The notes: generated from the letters alone by a model not told the origin. Positions 24,980-36,009 are shown, counted from the first letter of the stretch. The stretch is 64,000 nt of DNA from Verrucomicrobiota bacterium (GCA_021733835.1 JAIPKD010000002.1:16962-80961), one strand, 5' to 3'. Numbers and translations: made by a program.

Positions 24980-26440
24980 CTAAGCGATGATGTACTTCTC
25001 AAGGAACGCGGGGCGCTTACGTCTTCCCGCGGCGCGGTAATCCGCGTAGATAATCGAGGCAATTTCCGCTGGTGTAGTACTTGTATTTTCTTTAATGAAC
25101 TCGAACAGGTGCTCCGCTACCGAGACCAATGAAATTTCGTGGGTGCGTTTTATTCGTTCGAAGAACCAATCCGTGAAATGCAAAAAGGTTTGAAATGGAT
25201 CGCGTGATTCATGGGCGAAGAAACGGCATGTGCGTGGGAATCTGCCGCTGTTGTAGATAATATCCCAGTATCGGGCGAACCTGTTTATTCGCTGTAGGGT
25301 ATTGAAGTCCATTTGATCGGACTCGAGAATCTCGTACGGCGGATGCGGATTGAACGCGAGTTCCGGATGCGCGCCGGGTCGTGAAATCGGTGCGCCGCGG
25401 AGGCACTTAAGGACGCCTACCTGAATCTCGTGAGGTTCGAGGGCCAGGAGCCTGTTGAAGCCGTCGCCGAACGACACGAGGGATTCGCCCGGTAGTCCTG
25501 CGATCAGGTCGGCGTGTATATGCGCGCCTGTGTTATGACGGAGCCTACGCATATTTTCTTCGATACGCGCTGTATCCTGGCGCCTGGAAATTCTTGAGGC
25601 GACCGATGGATTGAAGGTTTGAATACCCGTTTCCAGTTGGATCATGCCCGGCGGGAAGCAACCGATTTTCCTGATCAATTCGCCGGATATCCGATCCGGT
25701 ACTATTTCGAAGTGTACGGACATATCCTCCTTTTGCCGGCCGAGGAAGAAGTCGATGATCTCGTGCGCGGTGTTTTGTGTGATATTAAACGAGCGGTCGA
25801 CGAATTTGAAATGCCGCGCACCGCGATCGATGAGGTTATCCAGTTCGCGTTTAAACGGCTCGAGCGGGAAAAACCTTACTTTCTTGTCCAAGGCGGACAT
25901 ACAGAACTCGCAATCGAAAGGGCATCCGCGGGTGGCTTCAACGTATAGTGTGCGTGTGGCGATGTCTTTGTCCGAATAGAATTTGTACGGAAATTCGAGT
26001 AATGGGAGTGGGGGCGGCGCGGCGGCAACGGTCTTGTTCGGTGGGGGTGAGCCCTCGAGTATATGTTTGCAGAGCTCGGGGAATGCCAGATCGGCTTCGC
26101 CTGCTATGACGTAATCGGCGCTATGTACTGCAGGTGGGTTGTGGTGCGCATGCTCCACCTCGGGCCCGCCCAGAACAAGGACTATATCAGGGCGGATTTG
26201 CTTTAGTATATCCGTCAGCTCGGTTACGAGAGTAACGTTCCAAATATAAACGCCCAAGCCGATGATTTTTGGGTCTTCGTCCAGGATACGCTCGGCCATG
26301 TCACGGGGGCGTTTGCCTAGGTCGAATTCAACAATGCCGGTTCTTTCACGCAGTGGGCCCATGTTCGCAAGAAGATAACGCAAACCCAGCGCGGTGTGCG
26401 TGTATCTTGCATTCATGGTTGTCAGGATAATATCCGGCAT
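24980..26440 (-). CDS. B12-binding domain radical SAM protein (DUF4080-type C-terminus)
   Basis: 486 aa. N-terminal B12-binding-like domain, CPFDCEFC (CxxxCxxC) cluster motif, conserved C-terminal extension. Confidence 0.8.
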   Translation of the reverse strand: MPDIILTTMNARYTHTALGLRYLLANMGPLRERTGIVEFDLGKRPRDMAERILDEDPKIIGLGVYIWNVTLVTELTDILKQIRPDIVLVLGGPEVEHAHHNPPAVHSADYVIAGEADLAFPELCKHILEGSPPPNKTVAAAPPPLPLLEFPYKFYSDKDIATRTLYVEATRGCPFDCEFCMSALDKKVRFFPLEPFKRELDNLIDRGARHFKFVDRSFNITQNTAHEIIDFFLGRQKEDMSVHFEIVPDRISGELIRKIGCFPPGMIQLETGIQTFNPSVASRISRRQDTARIEENMRRLRHNTGAHIHADLIAGLPGESLVSFGDGFNRLLALEPHEIQVGVLKCLRGAPISRPGAHPELAFNPHPPYEILESDQMDFNTLQRINRFARYWDIIYNSGRFPRTCRFFAHESRDPFQTFLHFTDWFFERIKRTHEISLVSVAEHLFEFIKENTSTTPAEIASIIYADYRAAGRRKRPAFLEKYIIA

Positions 26441-26467
26441 ATCGAGCGAGTCGTATGGTCGGCGCTG

Positions 26468-29428
26468 TTACTTGTTGTTAATCATTTGAAAAAAGTTGTT
26501 ATAAACTCTACGTATCTCCGTTCTACAGGAATTGACATGATCAAGGAAGGTATCCGGATTCTTGAAGCCGCAGCGCACGGCTACACGATAAAAGGGTGCT
26601 AGGTCATCTGGCAGGACGGATTCGCCGACGTAGCTCCATCTCCTGAGGATACCTTCGATGCGTCTGAGTGATCTGTAGTTTGCGACGAGCGAATCGGCGT
26701 CAGTTTGTTCCAGGAGGCCGTGATCCCGGGCATTGATGACTGAGCGGATAGTATTCGGCTCGTGTGCGCCCGTCTCCATGCACAGTGTTTGTGCGATGAA
26801 CTCGGCATCCATAAGTCCGCCTGCGCCTGTTTTGAAGGCGAGGCGCTGTTTATTTTTCGGCGTGCGTTCATTTTCTATCCTGGCGCGCATATCGTGTATC
26901 TTGTGTTTCCAGTCGGGTGAGAATGCGGAGAGCCGGGGGGCGGGCTGTTTAAAATCGGTGAGGCGCCTGGTCAGTGTGAGGAATGCGGTGGCCGCTTCGG
27001 TGTTACCCGCGATCGGTCTGGCGCGGGTGAGGGTTTGAATCTCCCAGAGCCGCGCACGGTTGCAATAGTAATTTTCATAGGCGTCGATGGTGTTGACTAG
27101 AAGCCCCTTCTGTCCATCGGGACGCAGGCGTGTATCGATATGAAACGCGCCGCCCATGGTTGAATGCCCGGAAAGCAGATCGGTCACCTCGAGGGCCAGG
27201 CGTTGTTGTTCGGGTATTTGATCGGGCGCCGAGTCTGAGACGAATAGGATGTCTAGGTCCGAACCATAGGTCAGCTCGCAACCGCCGAGTTTGCCGAGGC
27301 CGATCACAGCGAACGGCGGTTGTTCGAGTCTGTGCCGGCGTGTAACCACCTCGACGGCATATTGCAGGCAGGCTTCGGCCAGGGCGGTCAGCTCGATGAG
27401 GTTTTGCTCGAAATCGGCCAGGCCGAGGATGTCCCTTAATCCAAGCCGCATGAACTCGGTTTGGTGGTAGCGGCGCAGCCACGTGTGTTGATCGTGTTCG
27501 TCAAGGCCGTGTCTGAGGTCGGATAATATCTCGGGAGTGTTCTTTCGTCTCAAGAGCAACCCGCTTTGTTGGAGGTCGTCGACCATATCCGGGACGCGGA
27601 TGGCGGTTTCGGCGAGGAACTCCGATCTATCGAAGAGCAGGAGCATCAGGTCGAAAAGCGCGGGATGCGATGTCCAAAGCTCGAGCAGGGTCGTCCTCGC
27701 GCCGTAGGCGCCTACGAAGCTGTCGATACGCGTCAAGACACGGTCGGGGTCGGAGAGGATGATTTCGCCTTTTTCTATTGTCGTGCTTATGCATTCGGTG
27801 GGGGCGTGTGTAGGGCAATACTTGAGGATTCTTGCCACGAGCTCGAGTGCGAGACGCGAGGTGCGGGGTGAGACATGGATATAACCCGGGCCGTTTACGA
27901 ATGCCTTGACAATATGCAGCGCTTGATCGGTGTCCCGGAACGAATGTCTCTGGAGTATCTGCTGCCATTCTTCTTTGTGCTCGTCGATTTCGGTGGGGAG
28001 CGAGTTAACGAGTTCTGACGACTCATCGCGGTTTAGCAAGTGATCGTAGATGGTTCGCACATTATCGTTATGTTGTTTTAGACGCGCAAGGAATTCATCG
28101 ATATCGGCTATGCCCGTGAGACGGGCAAGTCGCAAGATACCGGCTGCGTCGGGCGGGATAGTATGTGTTTGCCTGTTTTCTTCCATTTGCAATCTGTGTT
28201 CGACGTCGCGAAGGAACAGGTAGGCGGCGCTGAGGTTTGTGGCGTCGCTCGGGGGGATGATTCCGTATTGGATAAGTTTGTCGAGCGCGTCCAACGTCGA
28301 GTTCTGTTGCAAAAAGGGGATGCGTCCGGCGTGGAGGAGCTGTAGAGTTTGGATAATGAATTCGATTTCGCGTATCCCGCCGCGGCCGAGTTTTACGTTG
28401 CGTTCGAGTTTTTCTGTACCGACTACTTCGTTTTCGATCCGTTGTTTTGTGAATACGACTTCGCGGAGGAAGGTTTCACCGAGTGACCGTGGATACCGGA
28501 ATGGCTGTATAGTTTCGAGGAACTCGCCGGAGAGCGCGTTTGCGCCGGCGATATGCCGGGCCTTGATAAGCATCATCCTTTCCCACGTTTGCCCCCATTG
28601 CGCGTAGTAATTCTCGTAGCTGATCAGCGACCGCGCTTTCGGTCCTGTATTGCCCTCGGGCCGCAGGCGCAGGTCGACCCGGAACAGGAATCCGTCCTCT
28701 GTATTCCTGCTTACCTCGGCAGCGAAGGTTTCGGCAAGACGATTGAAGAACTGGTTGTTGTTGAACCGCCCCGGTTTCGCGTCCGGGCTTTCCGGTGGCG
28801 TCTTAAAGACAAATCCTTCGGCGGCGTAGACGAATATAATGTCCACGTCCGAACTGAAGTTCAATTCGCGGCCGCCGAGCTTGCCCAGTCCGATTACGGA
28901 CATCGGTGTGCGCCGCCACCGGCCTGCGGCATCTTTGTGATATGGCTCTCCAAGGCGCGAGGATAACTGCGCAAGGCAAATTCCGAGCGCCAAATCAAGG
29001 CAGACATCCGCGATGTCGGAGAGCTCGAGCATTATTTCCTCGGTCTCAGCCGACTTTGTCATATCTCTGGCCGCCACGCGCAACATATGCCTTTGCTTGA
29101 ATACCCTGAGTGCACTGAAAGCGCCGGAGTAGTCTGCTTTTGCGATCGCGTCGTCGATTAACGGCGCGATATTACGATAGAGTGTCCGCTTCGAGACTGG
29201 ATCGGCCAGCGCGGTTGTATTTAACTCGGAAATATCACTTGGATGCCTCAATATCCATTCGCTGAGATAATTCGAACCGCCGAGTATGTATCCGAGTGCG
29301 TTCAAATCAGGCTCGGCAGCGATGCAACTTTCCAAGACACCGGCGCCGGTAAGTTTTTCTAGATTACTCCGCGCGCGCTCGGGGTCGGGCGAGAATTTAA
29401 CTATTTCTTCCAGCCACGATTTTTCCAT
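26468..29428 (-). CDS. glnE: Glutamine synthetase adenylyltransferase/adenylyl-removing enzyme GlnE
   Basis: Two nucleotidyltransferase repeats (GLGKLGGRELNFSSDVDIIFVY and GLGKLGGCELTYGSDLDILFV). ATG at 29428 (MEKSWLEE) is preferred; the ORF is open to 29488. Confidence 0.9.
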   Translation of the reverse strand: MEKSWLEEIVKFSPDPERARSNLEKLTGAGVLESCIAAEPDLNALGYILGGSNYLSEWILRHPSDISELNTTALADPVSKRTLYRNIAPLIDDAIAKADYSGAFSALRVFKQRHMLRVAARDMTKSAETEEIMLELSDIADVCLDLALGICLAQLSSRLGEPYHKDAAGRWRRTPMSVIGLGKLGGRELNFSSDVDIIFVYAAEGFVFKTPPESPDAKPGRFNNNQFFNRLAETFAAEVSRNTEDGFLFRVDLRLRPEGNTGPKARSLISYENYYAQWGQTWERMMLIKARHIAGANALSGEFLETIQPFRYPRSLGETFLREVVFTKQRIENEVVGTEKLERNVKLGRGGIREIEFIIQTLQLLHAGRIPFLQQNSTLDALDKLIQYGIIPPSDATNLSAAYLFLRDVEHRLQMEENRQTHTIPPDAAGILRLARLTGIADIDEFLARLKQHNDNVRTIYDHLLNRDESSELVNSLPTEIDEHKEEWQQILQRHSFRDTDQALHIVKAFVNGPGYIHVSPRTSRLALELVARILKYCPTHAPTECISTTIEKGEIILSDPDRVLTRIDSFVGAYGARTTLLELWTSHPALFDLMLLLFDRSEFLAETAIRVPDMVDDLQQSGLLLRRKNTPEILSDLRHGLDEHDQHTWLRRYHQTEFMRLGLRDILGLADFEQNLIELTALAEACLQYAVEVVTRRHRLEQPPFAVIGLGKLGGCELTYGSDLDILFVSDSAPDQIPEQQRLALEVTDLLSGHSTMGGAFHIDTRLRPDGQKGLLVNTIDAYENYYCNRARLWEIQTLTRARPIAGNTEAATAFLTLTRRLTDFKQPAPRLSAFSPDWKHKIHDMRARIENERTPKNKQRLAFKTGAGGLMDAEFIAQTLCMETGAHEPNTIRSVINARDHGLLEQTDADSLVANYRSLRRIEGILRRWSYVGESVLPDDLAPFYRVAVRCGFKNPDTFLDHVNSCRTEIRRVYNNFFQMINNK

Positions 29429-29646
29429 GATTCCAATTAAACACGGAATCCCCGTTCGCAGAAAGCCAAACTTACCGCATACTCCCATAATCCGTATCCA
29501 TGCCCAGTAATCCGTCTATAAGCTTGAATGCCTCGCTCCGGGGTGCTAATAAATAGCCAAGTCAAACATATCAAGGCCCTTTACGAAGAGACAATGTTGA
29601 TCCCGAGGTCGGCGTTTTTCTGGACGACAAAAGAGAAGTTTAAATT

Positions 29647-30960
29647 ATGATAAAAGATAATCGAGTCAGCCGGAGGACTTTTTTAAACAAAAGCCTGAGT
29701 GCTTTAGGCGCGTCGGCGCTTGCGCCGATGATTCTGCCCTCGTCGGTGCTGGGGCGTGGAGGCATGATTCCGCCCAGTGAGCGGGTGACGATGGGATTTA
29801 TCGGCATCGGCACTCAAGGACGCGGGCATCTGCTCGGCGGCGCGTGGACGTACCTAACTGGCGGGTACACAGGGCGCGATGATGTACAAGTGCTGGCGGT
29901 CTGCGACGTTTGGCGGGATCGCCGCGATGACGCATGCCGCCGCGTGAACGAGCACTACTCGAACACACGCGGTCAGGGAGAATACAAGCCTTGCAAGGCG
30001 TATAATGATTTCAGGCGTCTAATCGAGCGCGATGACATAGACGCCGTGCTTATCGCTACACCGGCACATTGGCACGCGACCATGGCGGTAATGGCGATGG
30101 CCGCGGGTAATGACGTGTATTGTGAAAAGCCGACGGCAACGACGATATTCGAGGCGCAGTCGGTCTTGAACACCGCGCGACGGCACGCGCGCGTGTTCCA
30201 GGCGGGAACTCAGCAACGGAGCGAGTATGGCGGGAAGTTCCGGAGGGCCTGCGAATTTGTCCGAAGCGGGAGGATCGGGCGCCTGAAGGAAATCTACGCA
30301 TACCGCGAAGGCGGCGGGATTCTTTGGCCCTCAAGGTTCGGCGAAGGTATGCCTGTGCCGGAGGGCTTCGACTGGGACTTATATCTTGGCCCTGCGCCGA
30401 TGTTCCCCTACGACGGCAGGACGGGACCGCATAGGTTCGACATCGGCAATCTAAATTGGGGGCAGCATCACTACGATATCGTCCAATGGGGCGCGGGCAT
30501 GGACGAATCAGGTCCGGCCAAGCTCTTTATCGAACAGGGGCGTACCTGCTACCGGTACCCCAACGGTGTCGTCGTTTACGGGATGCCGTACCCCGGCGAG
30601 TCCGTCGGGATGAGCGGCGGCGCATGCTTCGTCGGAACTGACGGACGGATAGCCGTCGATCGCGAATCACTCGTCTCAGACCCACCGGAGATAATCAATG
30701 AACCTCTGCAGCCGGACGAGACGCACCTCTACCATAGCGTCAGTCATTCGGGAAATTTCCTCGAATGCGTCAGAACGCGGAAGAAGCCGATTTGCGACGC
30801 GGACATAGCAAAGCGCGCGGCAAGCGCATTGCTCCTTGCCGGGATAGTGAAACAGTTGCAGCGTCCGCTTGAATGGGATCCGGCACATGAGCGGTTTGTC
30901 GACGACGCGGAAGCAAACAGGATGCTGCACATAGCAAAACGTCCGCCTTGGAGAATATAA
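29647..30960 (+). CDS. TAT-exported Gfo/Idh/MocA-family oxidoreductase
   Basis: SRRTFLNKSLSALGASALA twin-arginine signal; GFIGIGTQG Rossmann motif; EKP motif (CEKPTA). Confidence 0.85.
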   Translation: MIKDNRVSRRTFLNKSLSALGASALAPMILPSSVLGRGGMIPPSERVTMGFIGIGTQGRGHLLGGAWTYLTGGYTGRDDVQVLAVCDVWRDRRDDACRRVNEHYSNTRGQGEYKPCKAYNDFRRLIERDDIDAVLIATPAHWHATMAVMAMAAGNDVYCEKPTATTIFEAQSVLNTARRHARVFQAGTQQRSEYGGKFRRACEFVRSGRIGRLKEIYAYREGGGILWPSRFGEGMPVPEGFDWDLYLGPAPMFPYDGRTGPHRFDIGNLNWGQHHYDIVQWGAGMDESGPAKLFIEQGRTCYRYPNGVVVYGMPYPGESVGMSGGACFVGTDGRIAVDRESLVSDPPEIINEPLQPDETHLYHSVSHSGNFLECVRTRKKPICDADIAKRAASALLLAGIVKQLQRPLEWDPAHERFVDDAEANRMLHIAKRPPWRI

Positions 30961-30991
30961 TAATAACGTCAATTTAAATATACTATTGAAT

Positions 30992-33427
30992 ATGAGATAC
31001 TTGTTAAATATCGCCGTTATCGCTGGTACTTTTTTTCTGCAAACCGCTTTATATGATGCCGGCGCCGCTTCCGGCCAAGAGCGGCAATTGATCGAGCTCC
31101 TGCGCTCGGACGCGTCTTTACATGAGAAAGACGCCGCGTGCGCGCAGCTTAAGCATATCGGTACCGTCGAGTGCGTGGATGTATTGTCCGAGTTGCTAAC
31201 GAATCCTGAACTTTCGCACTCGGCAAGGTACGCGCTCGAGCTGATGGAATTTTCCGAGGCCGGCGACGCCTTGATAAATGCCCTGGGAGAGACCGACGGA
31301 CAAATCAGGATCGGGATAATCAATTCAGTAGGTATCCGCGGTGATAAACGCGCCGTACCGGCATTGAAGCCGTTGCTTGCCGCGGGAGATGCCGGGACGG
31401 CTTCCGCTGCGGCGGCCGCGCTGGGGAGGATCGGCGGCGAAGATGCCGCCGCCGTACTCGTGGGGGTGTTACAGACGTCCGGGGCTGAGGCGCGCGAAGC
31501 GGTTGTAGATTCTATTCTAGCGTGTGCGCAAGCAATGTTGTCCGACGGCAAGACCAAAGCAGCGAACAGGATTTTTAAGGCGCTTTATGATGCAGCAGAT
31601 GACGATGTCGTACGCGCGGCGGCGTTCCGGGGGATTATTTTGTCTTCGGGTGAGAAGGCGATTGGGCTAGTAAAGGCGGCGCTCAATGATCGGCGCGGGC
31701 CTGAACAGGCGGCGGCAATGGGATTGGTAAGGGGCTTGAAGGCGTCCGACGCCGCTGAGGCGGTGGCCGCGATGCTGCCTGATTTGACGCCGCATGAACG
31801 TGAGGCGCTCATCGAGAACCTCGCGCAGCGCGGTGATCCCGCGGCGGCGCCGAAAATCGCCGTGTATATGGGTGAAGGCCCGGCGGAGGTGCGTGTTGCT
31901 GCGATCAAGGCCATAGGTCTGCTAGGTAACGCGGTGCACGTGTCCGCGCTTGTCCGCATAGCCGCCGCAGATACGGATACCGGCGCGCGGAAGGCGGCGC
32001 GGTATGCGCTTTTGCGGATTAACCGTGGTGACGTAAACACCGCTTTATTGACACAGCTCGAGTCCGATAACCGAGGTATAGTGACTGAAGCGGCGCGCGC
32101 GTTGAGTGAGCGGGGAGAGCGGGGCATTGTGCCGGACTTACTCGAGTCGGCACAAAAGTTGTCGGGCAACGCGTTCGTCGGCGCCTGCAGCGTTTTGCAA
32201 GCCTTGGCGGGGCCGGCGGATGTGCCGGCGTTGGTCGGACTTGTATCATCGACGGAAAACGCAGACGAGCGAATCGCCGCCGCTAATGCCCTCGGCGGCG
32301 TGTTCCGGCGTGCTTCGACGGCGGAAGTGGGATCGGCTCTTGAGGAATTCACTCACGCTTTACGTAATGGCGATGTCCGGACTCGAGTCGCACTACTCGG
32401 TGTGTGCGCCGAGCTCGCGGATGAACGTATTCGCAATGTGGTGCGCTCGGCTGTCCATGACGAAGACGCCGCTGTTCGCCGTGCCGCAGTGGATGCGGTG
32501 TGTGAAACGCGTGATCCGGAGTTGATGCCTGAGCTTCTGGAGATAGTTAGCGTAACAGATGATGCGGAAGTACGACTTCGCGCCGTCCGCGGCAGCGCGC
32601 AATTAATAGACCCCGAAGTAACGCCGGGCTTGAGCGATGGAGAGCGCGTCGACTTCCTCGAGTCCGTCCTGAACGAGGTATCCGGACGACGCGAGAAGTG
32701 GATTTTACTTTCCGCCCTGGCTAAGGTATCGCATCCACGCGCGCTCGAAGTGATACGGACGACGTTCGCCGATACGGAAGTCCGCGCCGAGGCGATACAG
32801 GCGGCAATACAGGTTTCACGTGAGATATACGATTTGCATCCTGATGTCGTAGAAACCGTGTTGAAACAAGCCCTGGACGCAGGCGCGTCCGGGACGCCGG
32901 CGCAAGAGGCTCGGGAAATACTCGCCATGATAAACGAACTGACCGCGTACATCACCGACTGGAAAGTGGCCGGCCCGTATCGAATGGAGGGACAAAACTA
33001 TGCGGCATTATTTGATACTCCGTTTCCGCCCGAGCGTGACAACCTGCAGTCCATCGAATGGCGTGATATTGAACCGGGATCGGCGGCGGGCGCCGGTTAC
33101 GTAATTGATCTGTTGAATAAATTCGGTGGCGAACAATGCGTGGCTTATGCCGTGACGCGATTGCATTCGGCGACGAAGCAACCGGTGCGGTTTTTAATCG
33201 GGAGTGACGACGGGATCAAGGTGTGGCTTAACGGCGACTTGATACACGCGAATAACGTGGCGCGTCCTATCACGCCGGACTCCGACGCAGTGGATGCGGT
33301 CCTCGAAAAGGGCTGGAATACGTTACTGCTCAAGGTTTCACAGAATAACCTGGGCTGGGAGTTTTGTGTCAGACCGGTCGCTCCCGATGGAACCGAAATT
33401 GAAGGCCTGCGTATTGATTCTACTTAG
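30992..33427 (+). CDS. Secreted HEAT/PBS-lyase-repeat protein with a C-terminal beta-sandwich-like domain
   Basis: About 811 aa with a signal peptide. Many Ala-rich HEAT-like repeats (..VRAAAxxALGxIG..). The C-terminal roughly 160 aa are non-repetitive (WLNGDLIHANN...LLLKVSQNNLGWEF). Confidence 0.7.
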   Translation: MRYLLNIAVIAGTFFLQTALYDAGAASGQERQLIELLRSDASLHEKDAACAQLKHIGTVECVDVLSELLTNPELSHSARYALELMEFSEAGDALINALGETDGQIRIGIINSVGIRGDKRAVPALKPLLAAGDAGTASAAAAALGRIGGEDAAAVLVGVLQTSGAEAREAVVDSILACAQAMLSDGKTKAANRIFKALYDAADDDVVRAAAFRGIILSSGEKAIGLVKAALNDRRGPEQAAAMGLVRGLKASDAAEAVAAMLPDLTPHEREALIENLAQRGDPAAAPKIAVYMGEGPAEVRVAAIKAIGLLGNAVHVSALVRIAAADTDTGARKAARYALLRINRGDVNTALLTQLESDNRGIVTEAARALSERGERGIVPDLLESAQKLSGNAFVGACSVLQALAGPADVPALVGLVSSTENADERIAAANALGGVFRRASTAEVGSALEEFTHALRNGDVRTRVALLGVCAELADERIRNVVRSAVHDEDAAVRRAAVDAVCETRDPELMPELLEIVSVTDDAEVRLRAVRGSAQLIDPEVTPGLSDGERVDFLESVLNEVSGRREKWILLSALAKVSHPRALEVIRTTFADTEVRAEAIQAAIQVSREIYDLHPDVVETVLKQALDAGASGTPAQEAREILAMINELTAYITDWKVAGPYRMEGQNYAALFDTPFPPERDNLQSIEWRDIEPGSAAGAGYVIDLLNKFGGEQCVAYAVTRLHSATKQPVRFLIGSDDGIKVWLNGDLIHANNVARPITPDSDAVDAVLEKGWNTLLLKVSQNNLGWEFCVRPVAPDGTEIEGLRIDST

Positions 33428-33476
33428 TCCAGCTATAAACTTGTTCCGGCATTCGTGTCATGGTTAAAATGTAGTT

Positions 33477-34580
33477 ATGGGAAGCGATACACCTCCAGTT
33501 TATACGGACAAACCGGCACGGGGTACTTCGATGGTGTCCGGCAAGAGGCGGACATGGTTATCAGTGGTCATAGTGCTCCTTGTGTTTTTGGGTATCATAA
33601 TTTTCTTCGGATTCCTTGCGAGCCTGTTTGGTTTACGTTCCGGATTTATTGAGCGGAAACAGAGCGGCCCCGAGGCCTTAAAGGAGGTTGTTATTGAGGA
33701 TAACGATTCGACGAACTCGATTGCCGTTATCGAAGTCAGCGGATTGATCGCGGATTTTTCCATCGATGGCAGCGGTTACACACTGGTCAAGTACATTGAG
33801 GATCAGTTCGATCGCGCGGCAATGGAGCGTGATGTGCGGGCGGTGATTTTGCGTGTGAATTCGCCGGGTGGTGAGGTGCTGGCTGCGGATCGGATATATC
33901 GCTGTATCGGGAAGTTTTATGAAAAAACCGGCAAACCCGTCGTCGCGTCAATGAGCAGTCTTGCGGCGTCCGGTGGGTACTACGTCAGTGCGCCTTGCCA
34001 GTGGATAGTCGCCAACGAACTAACGATAACGGGCAGTATCGGAGTGATCATGCGCGGTTGGAATTATCATGGGCTTATGAACAAAGTCGGGATAGAACCG
34101 GTGGTTTTCAAGAGTGGTGAGTATAAGGACATGATGAGTGGTTATCGCGCGCCCTCGGAAATCGATTCGAAGGAGAGGGAGATGATTCAAGACCTGGTTG
34201 ATCAGGCGTTTGACAAGTTCAAGAGCGTTGTTGTCGAGGGACGCGAGGAGGCGTTCAGAGCTAATGATCAGTCGGGGCGTGAACTTGCGGGGAACTGGGC
34301 CGAATATGCCGATGGCCGTGTGCTTTCGGGCAGTGAGGCGTTTGAGCATGGATTCGTTGACGAGCTCGGTTATTTCGAGACGGCGGTCAAGCGCACGCTT
34401 GAATTAGCGGAGATAAAATCGGCCGACCTGGTACGTTTTCAAAAACCGGTCGGGCTCGGAGATATTATCGGCTTGTTCCTGGAGTCGCGAAGTAGTGATA
34501 TCAAGATCAACCTGGGTCTCAACCCGGAAAAAATCAAGTCCGGGCACCTCTATTATCTTCCCTTGAGCTACTTTGAATGA
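33477..34580 (+). CDS. sppA: Signal peptide peptidase SppA (36K type, S49 family)
   Basis: N-terminal TM. SSLAASGGYYVSAP carries the catalytic Ser. ITGSIGV follows. Confidence 0.85.
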   Translation: MGSDTPPVYTDKPARGTSMVSGKRRTWLSVVIVLLVFLGIIIFFGFLASLFGLRSGFIERKQSGPEALKEVVIEDNDSTNSIAVIEVSGLIADFSIDGSGYTLVKYIEDQFDRAAMERDVRAVILRVNSPGGEVLAADRIYRCIGKFYEKTGKPVVASMSSLAASGGYYVSAPCQWIVANELTITGSIGVIMRGWNYHGLMNKVGIEPVVFKSGEYKDMMSGYRAPSEIDSKEREMIQDLVDQAFDKFKSVVVEGREEAFRANDQSGRELAGNWAEYADGRVLSGSEAFEHGFVDELGYFETAVKRTLELAEIKSADLVRFQKPVGLGDIIGLFLESRSSDIKINLGLNPEKIKSGHLYYLPLSYFE

Positions 34581-34634
34581 AGCCGTGGCATTCGAGGCCG
34601 CAGCGGCTGATCCTTCGGACACAGCCGCGCTCCG
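34581..34634 (-). repeat. Half copy of the MITE/REP-like element between convergent sppA and tyrS
   Basis: The reverse complement reads cggagcgcggctgtgtccgaaggatcagccgctgcggcctcgaatgccacggct. This is the left half of the element at 21289-21409, including the GCGGCTG...CAGCCGC hairpin. Confidence 0.65.
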
Positions 34635-34650
34635 CTGGTTTTGGAAGCTC

Positions 34651-35931
34651 CTATTCAAGGATCAGGAGGTTATAGTATTTCTTGCCCTTGCGGAGGAGTG
34701 TGTATTTACCGAATAGCAGGCTGGAGTCGCCGACATTTAGCTGGGGGTCTGATATGCGTTCGTTGTTTATATAGATACCACCGCCTTGGATGTCCTTACG
34801 CGCTTGGCCTTTTGACTTGCATAGACCGGTTTTTATCAGCAGCTCGATCAAGGGTATGCCGTCGACGTTCCATTCGGAGGCGGGTATGGGTGTGGAGGGG
34901 ACTTCGCCGGTTATCTCGCGAAACATGGTCTCGGAGATGCCCTCGAGGGTGCCGCCGAAGAGGATGCGGCTTGCGCCGGCTGCTTCCCGGGCTGCGGTTT
35001 CGCCGTGGATAAGCGCGGTCATCTCGTGTGCGAGGGCTTGATGTGCCTTTCGGGCTTCGGGTTTTGCGAGGTGTTCTTCTGCTAGCAGGTCGATTTCTTC
35101 TTTATTCAAAAAGGTGAAAAGCTTGAGGAACCGGACGACATCACGATCGTCGGTGCGAATCCAGAACTGGTAGAACTTGTAAACGCAGGTTTTATCGGTG
35201 TCGAGCCAAACCGCGCCGTCGATGCTTTTGCCGAACTTGGAGCCGTCGGCGTTAGTGAGCAACGGCAGGGTCAGGCCGAAGACGGTTTCGCCGAGTTTAC
35301 GTCTGCAGAGGTCGATGCCGGCGGTTATGTTTCCCCATTGGTCGCTGCCGCCGATCTGGAGTGAGCAATCGAGTTCGCGTTTCAGGTGATAGAAGTCATA
35401 GGCCTGCAGGAGCATGTAGCTGAATTCGGTATAACTGATGCCGGATTCGCGGTCTTCCATTCTGGCGCGGACGCTTTCCTTGGCGATCATTTGGTTGATA
35501 CTGAAGTGTTTACCTATATCACGCAGGAACTCGAGATACGACACCGGCGTGAACCAATCGGCGTTATCGACCAGCCGCGCCGGATTCGCTTCGGCATTGA
35601 AATCGAGGAGTTTTCGAAGCTGCTGTTTGATGCTGTTGATATTGGACAGGAGGGCGTCGCGCGATAGCAGTCGGCGTTCGGCGGTTTTTCCGCTTGGGTC
35701 GCCGATTAATCCGGTGGCGCCGCCGGCCAGGGCGACCGGTGTGTGTCCGAACTCCTGGAACCGACGGAGTGTGAGCAAAGGGATGAGGTTTCCCACGTGC
35801 AGGCTGTCCGCCGTGGGATCGAATCCCGCGTATAGGGTCAGTTTTTGCTTCTGCAACCTGGCTTGGAGCTCGGTTGCGTCAGTGCAATCGGTCAGGAGAC
35901 CGCGCCAATTCAGTTCGTCAAGAATACTCAT
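34651..35931 (-). CDS. tyrS: Tyrosine--tRNA ligase
   Basis: HVGNL (HIGH) and KFGKS (KMSKS) motifs; C-terminal S4-like domain. ATG at 35931 (MSILDELNWRGLL) is preferred; the ORF is open to 35970. Confidence 0.9.
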   Translation of the reverse strand: MSILDELNWRGLLTDCTDATELQARLQKQKLTLYAGFDPTADSLHVGNLIPLLTLRRFQEFGHTPVALAGGATGLIGDPSGKTAERRLLSRDALLSNINSIKQQLRKLLDFNAEANPARLVDNADWFTPVSYLEFLRDIGKHFSINQMIAKESVRARMEDRESGISYTEFSYMLLQAYDFYHLKRELDCSLQIGGSDQWGNITAGIDLCRRKLGETVFGLTLPLLTNADGSKFGKSIDGAVWLDTDKTCVYKFYQFWIRTDDRDVVRFLKLFTFLNKEEIDLLAEEHLAKPEARKAHQALAHEMTALIHGETAAREAAGASRILFGGTLEGISETMFREITGEVPSTPIPASEWNVDGIPLIELLIKTGLCKSKGQARKDIQGGGIYINNERISDPQLNVGDSSLLFGKYTLLRKGKKYYNLLILE

Positions 35932-35981
35932 CTCGCTGAATGATTCTTGCCTTAATAATGTTCTTATCACAAGTGGAAAAT

Positions 35982-36009
35982 AAAAAACGGGCCGCGTAGG
36001 CCCGTTTTT
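35982..36009 (-). terminator. Rho-independent terminator of rpsA
   Basis: aaaaaacgggcc-gcgta-ggcccgttttt: a GC stem with a T-run on the minus strand directly after the rpsA stop. Confidence 0.6.

Noticed and set aside
30676-32955. Three long minus-strand ORFs (293, 255 and 200 aa) antisense to the HEAT-repeat gene
   Set aside because: They are Ala/Ser/Arg/Pro-rich, low-complexity shadow frames of a GC-rich, Ala-rich repeat gene. They carry no motifs, while the plus-strand frame has a coherent repeat architecture and a signal peptide.
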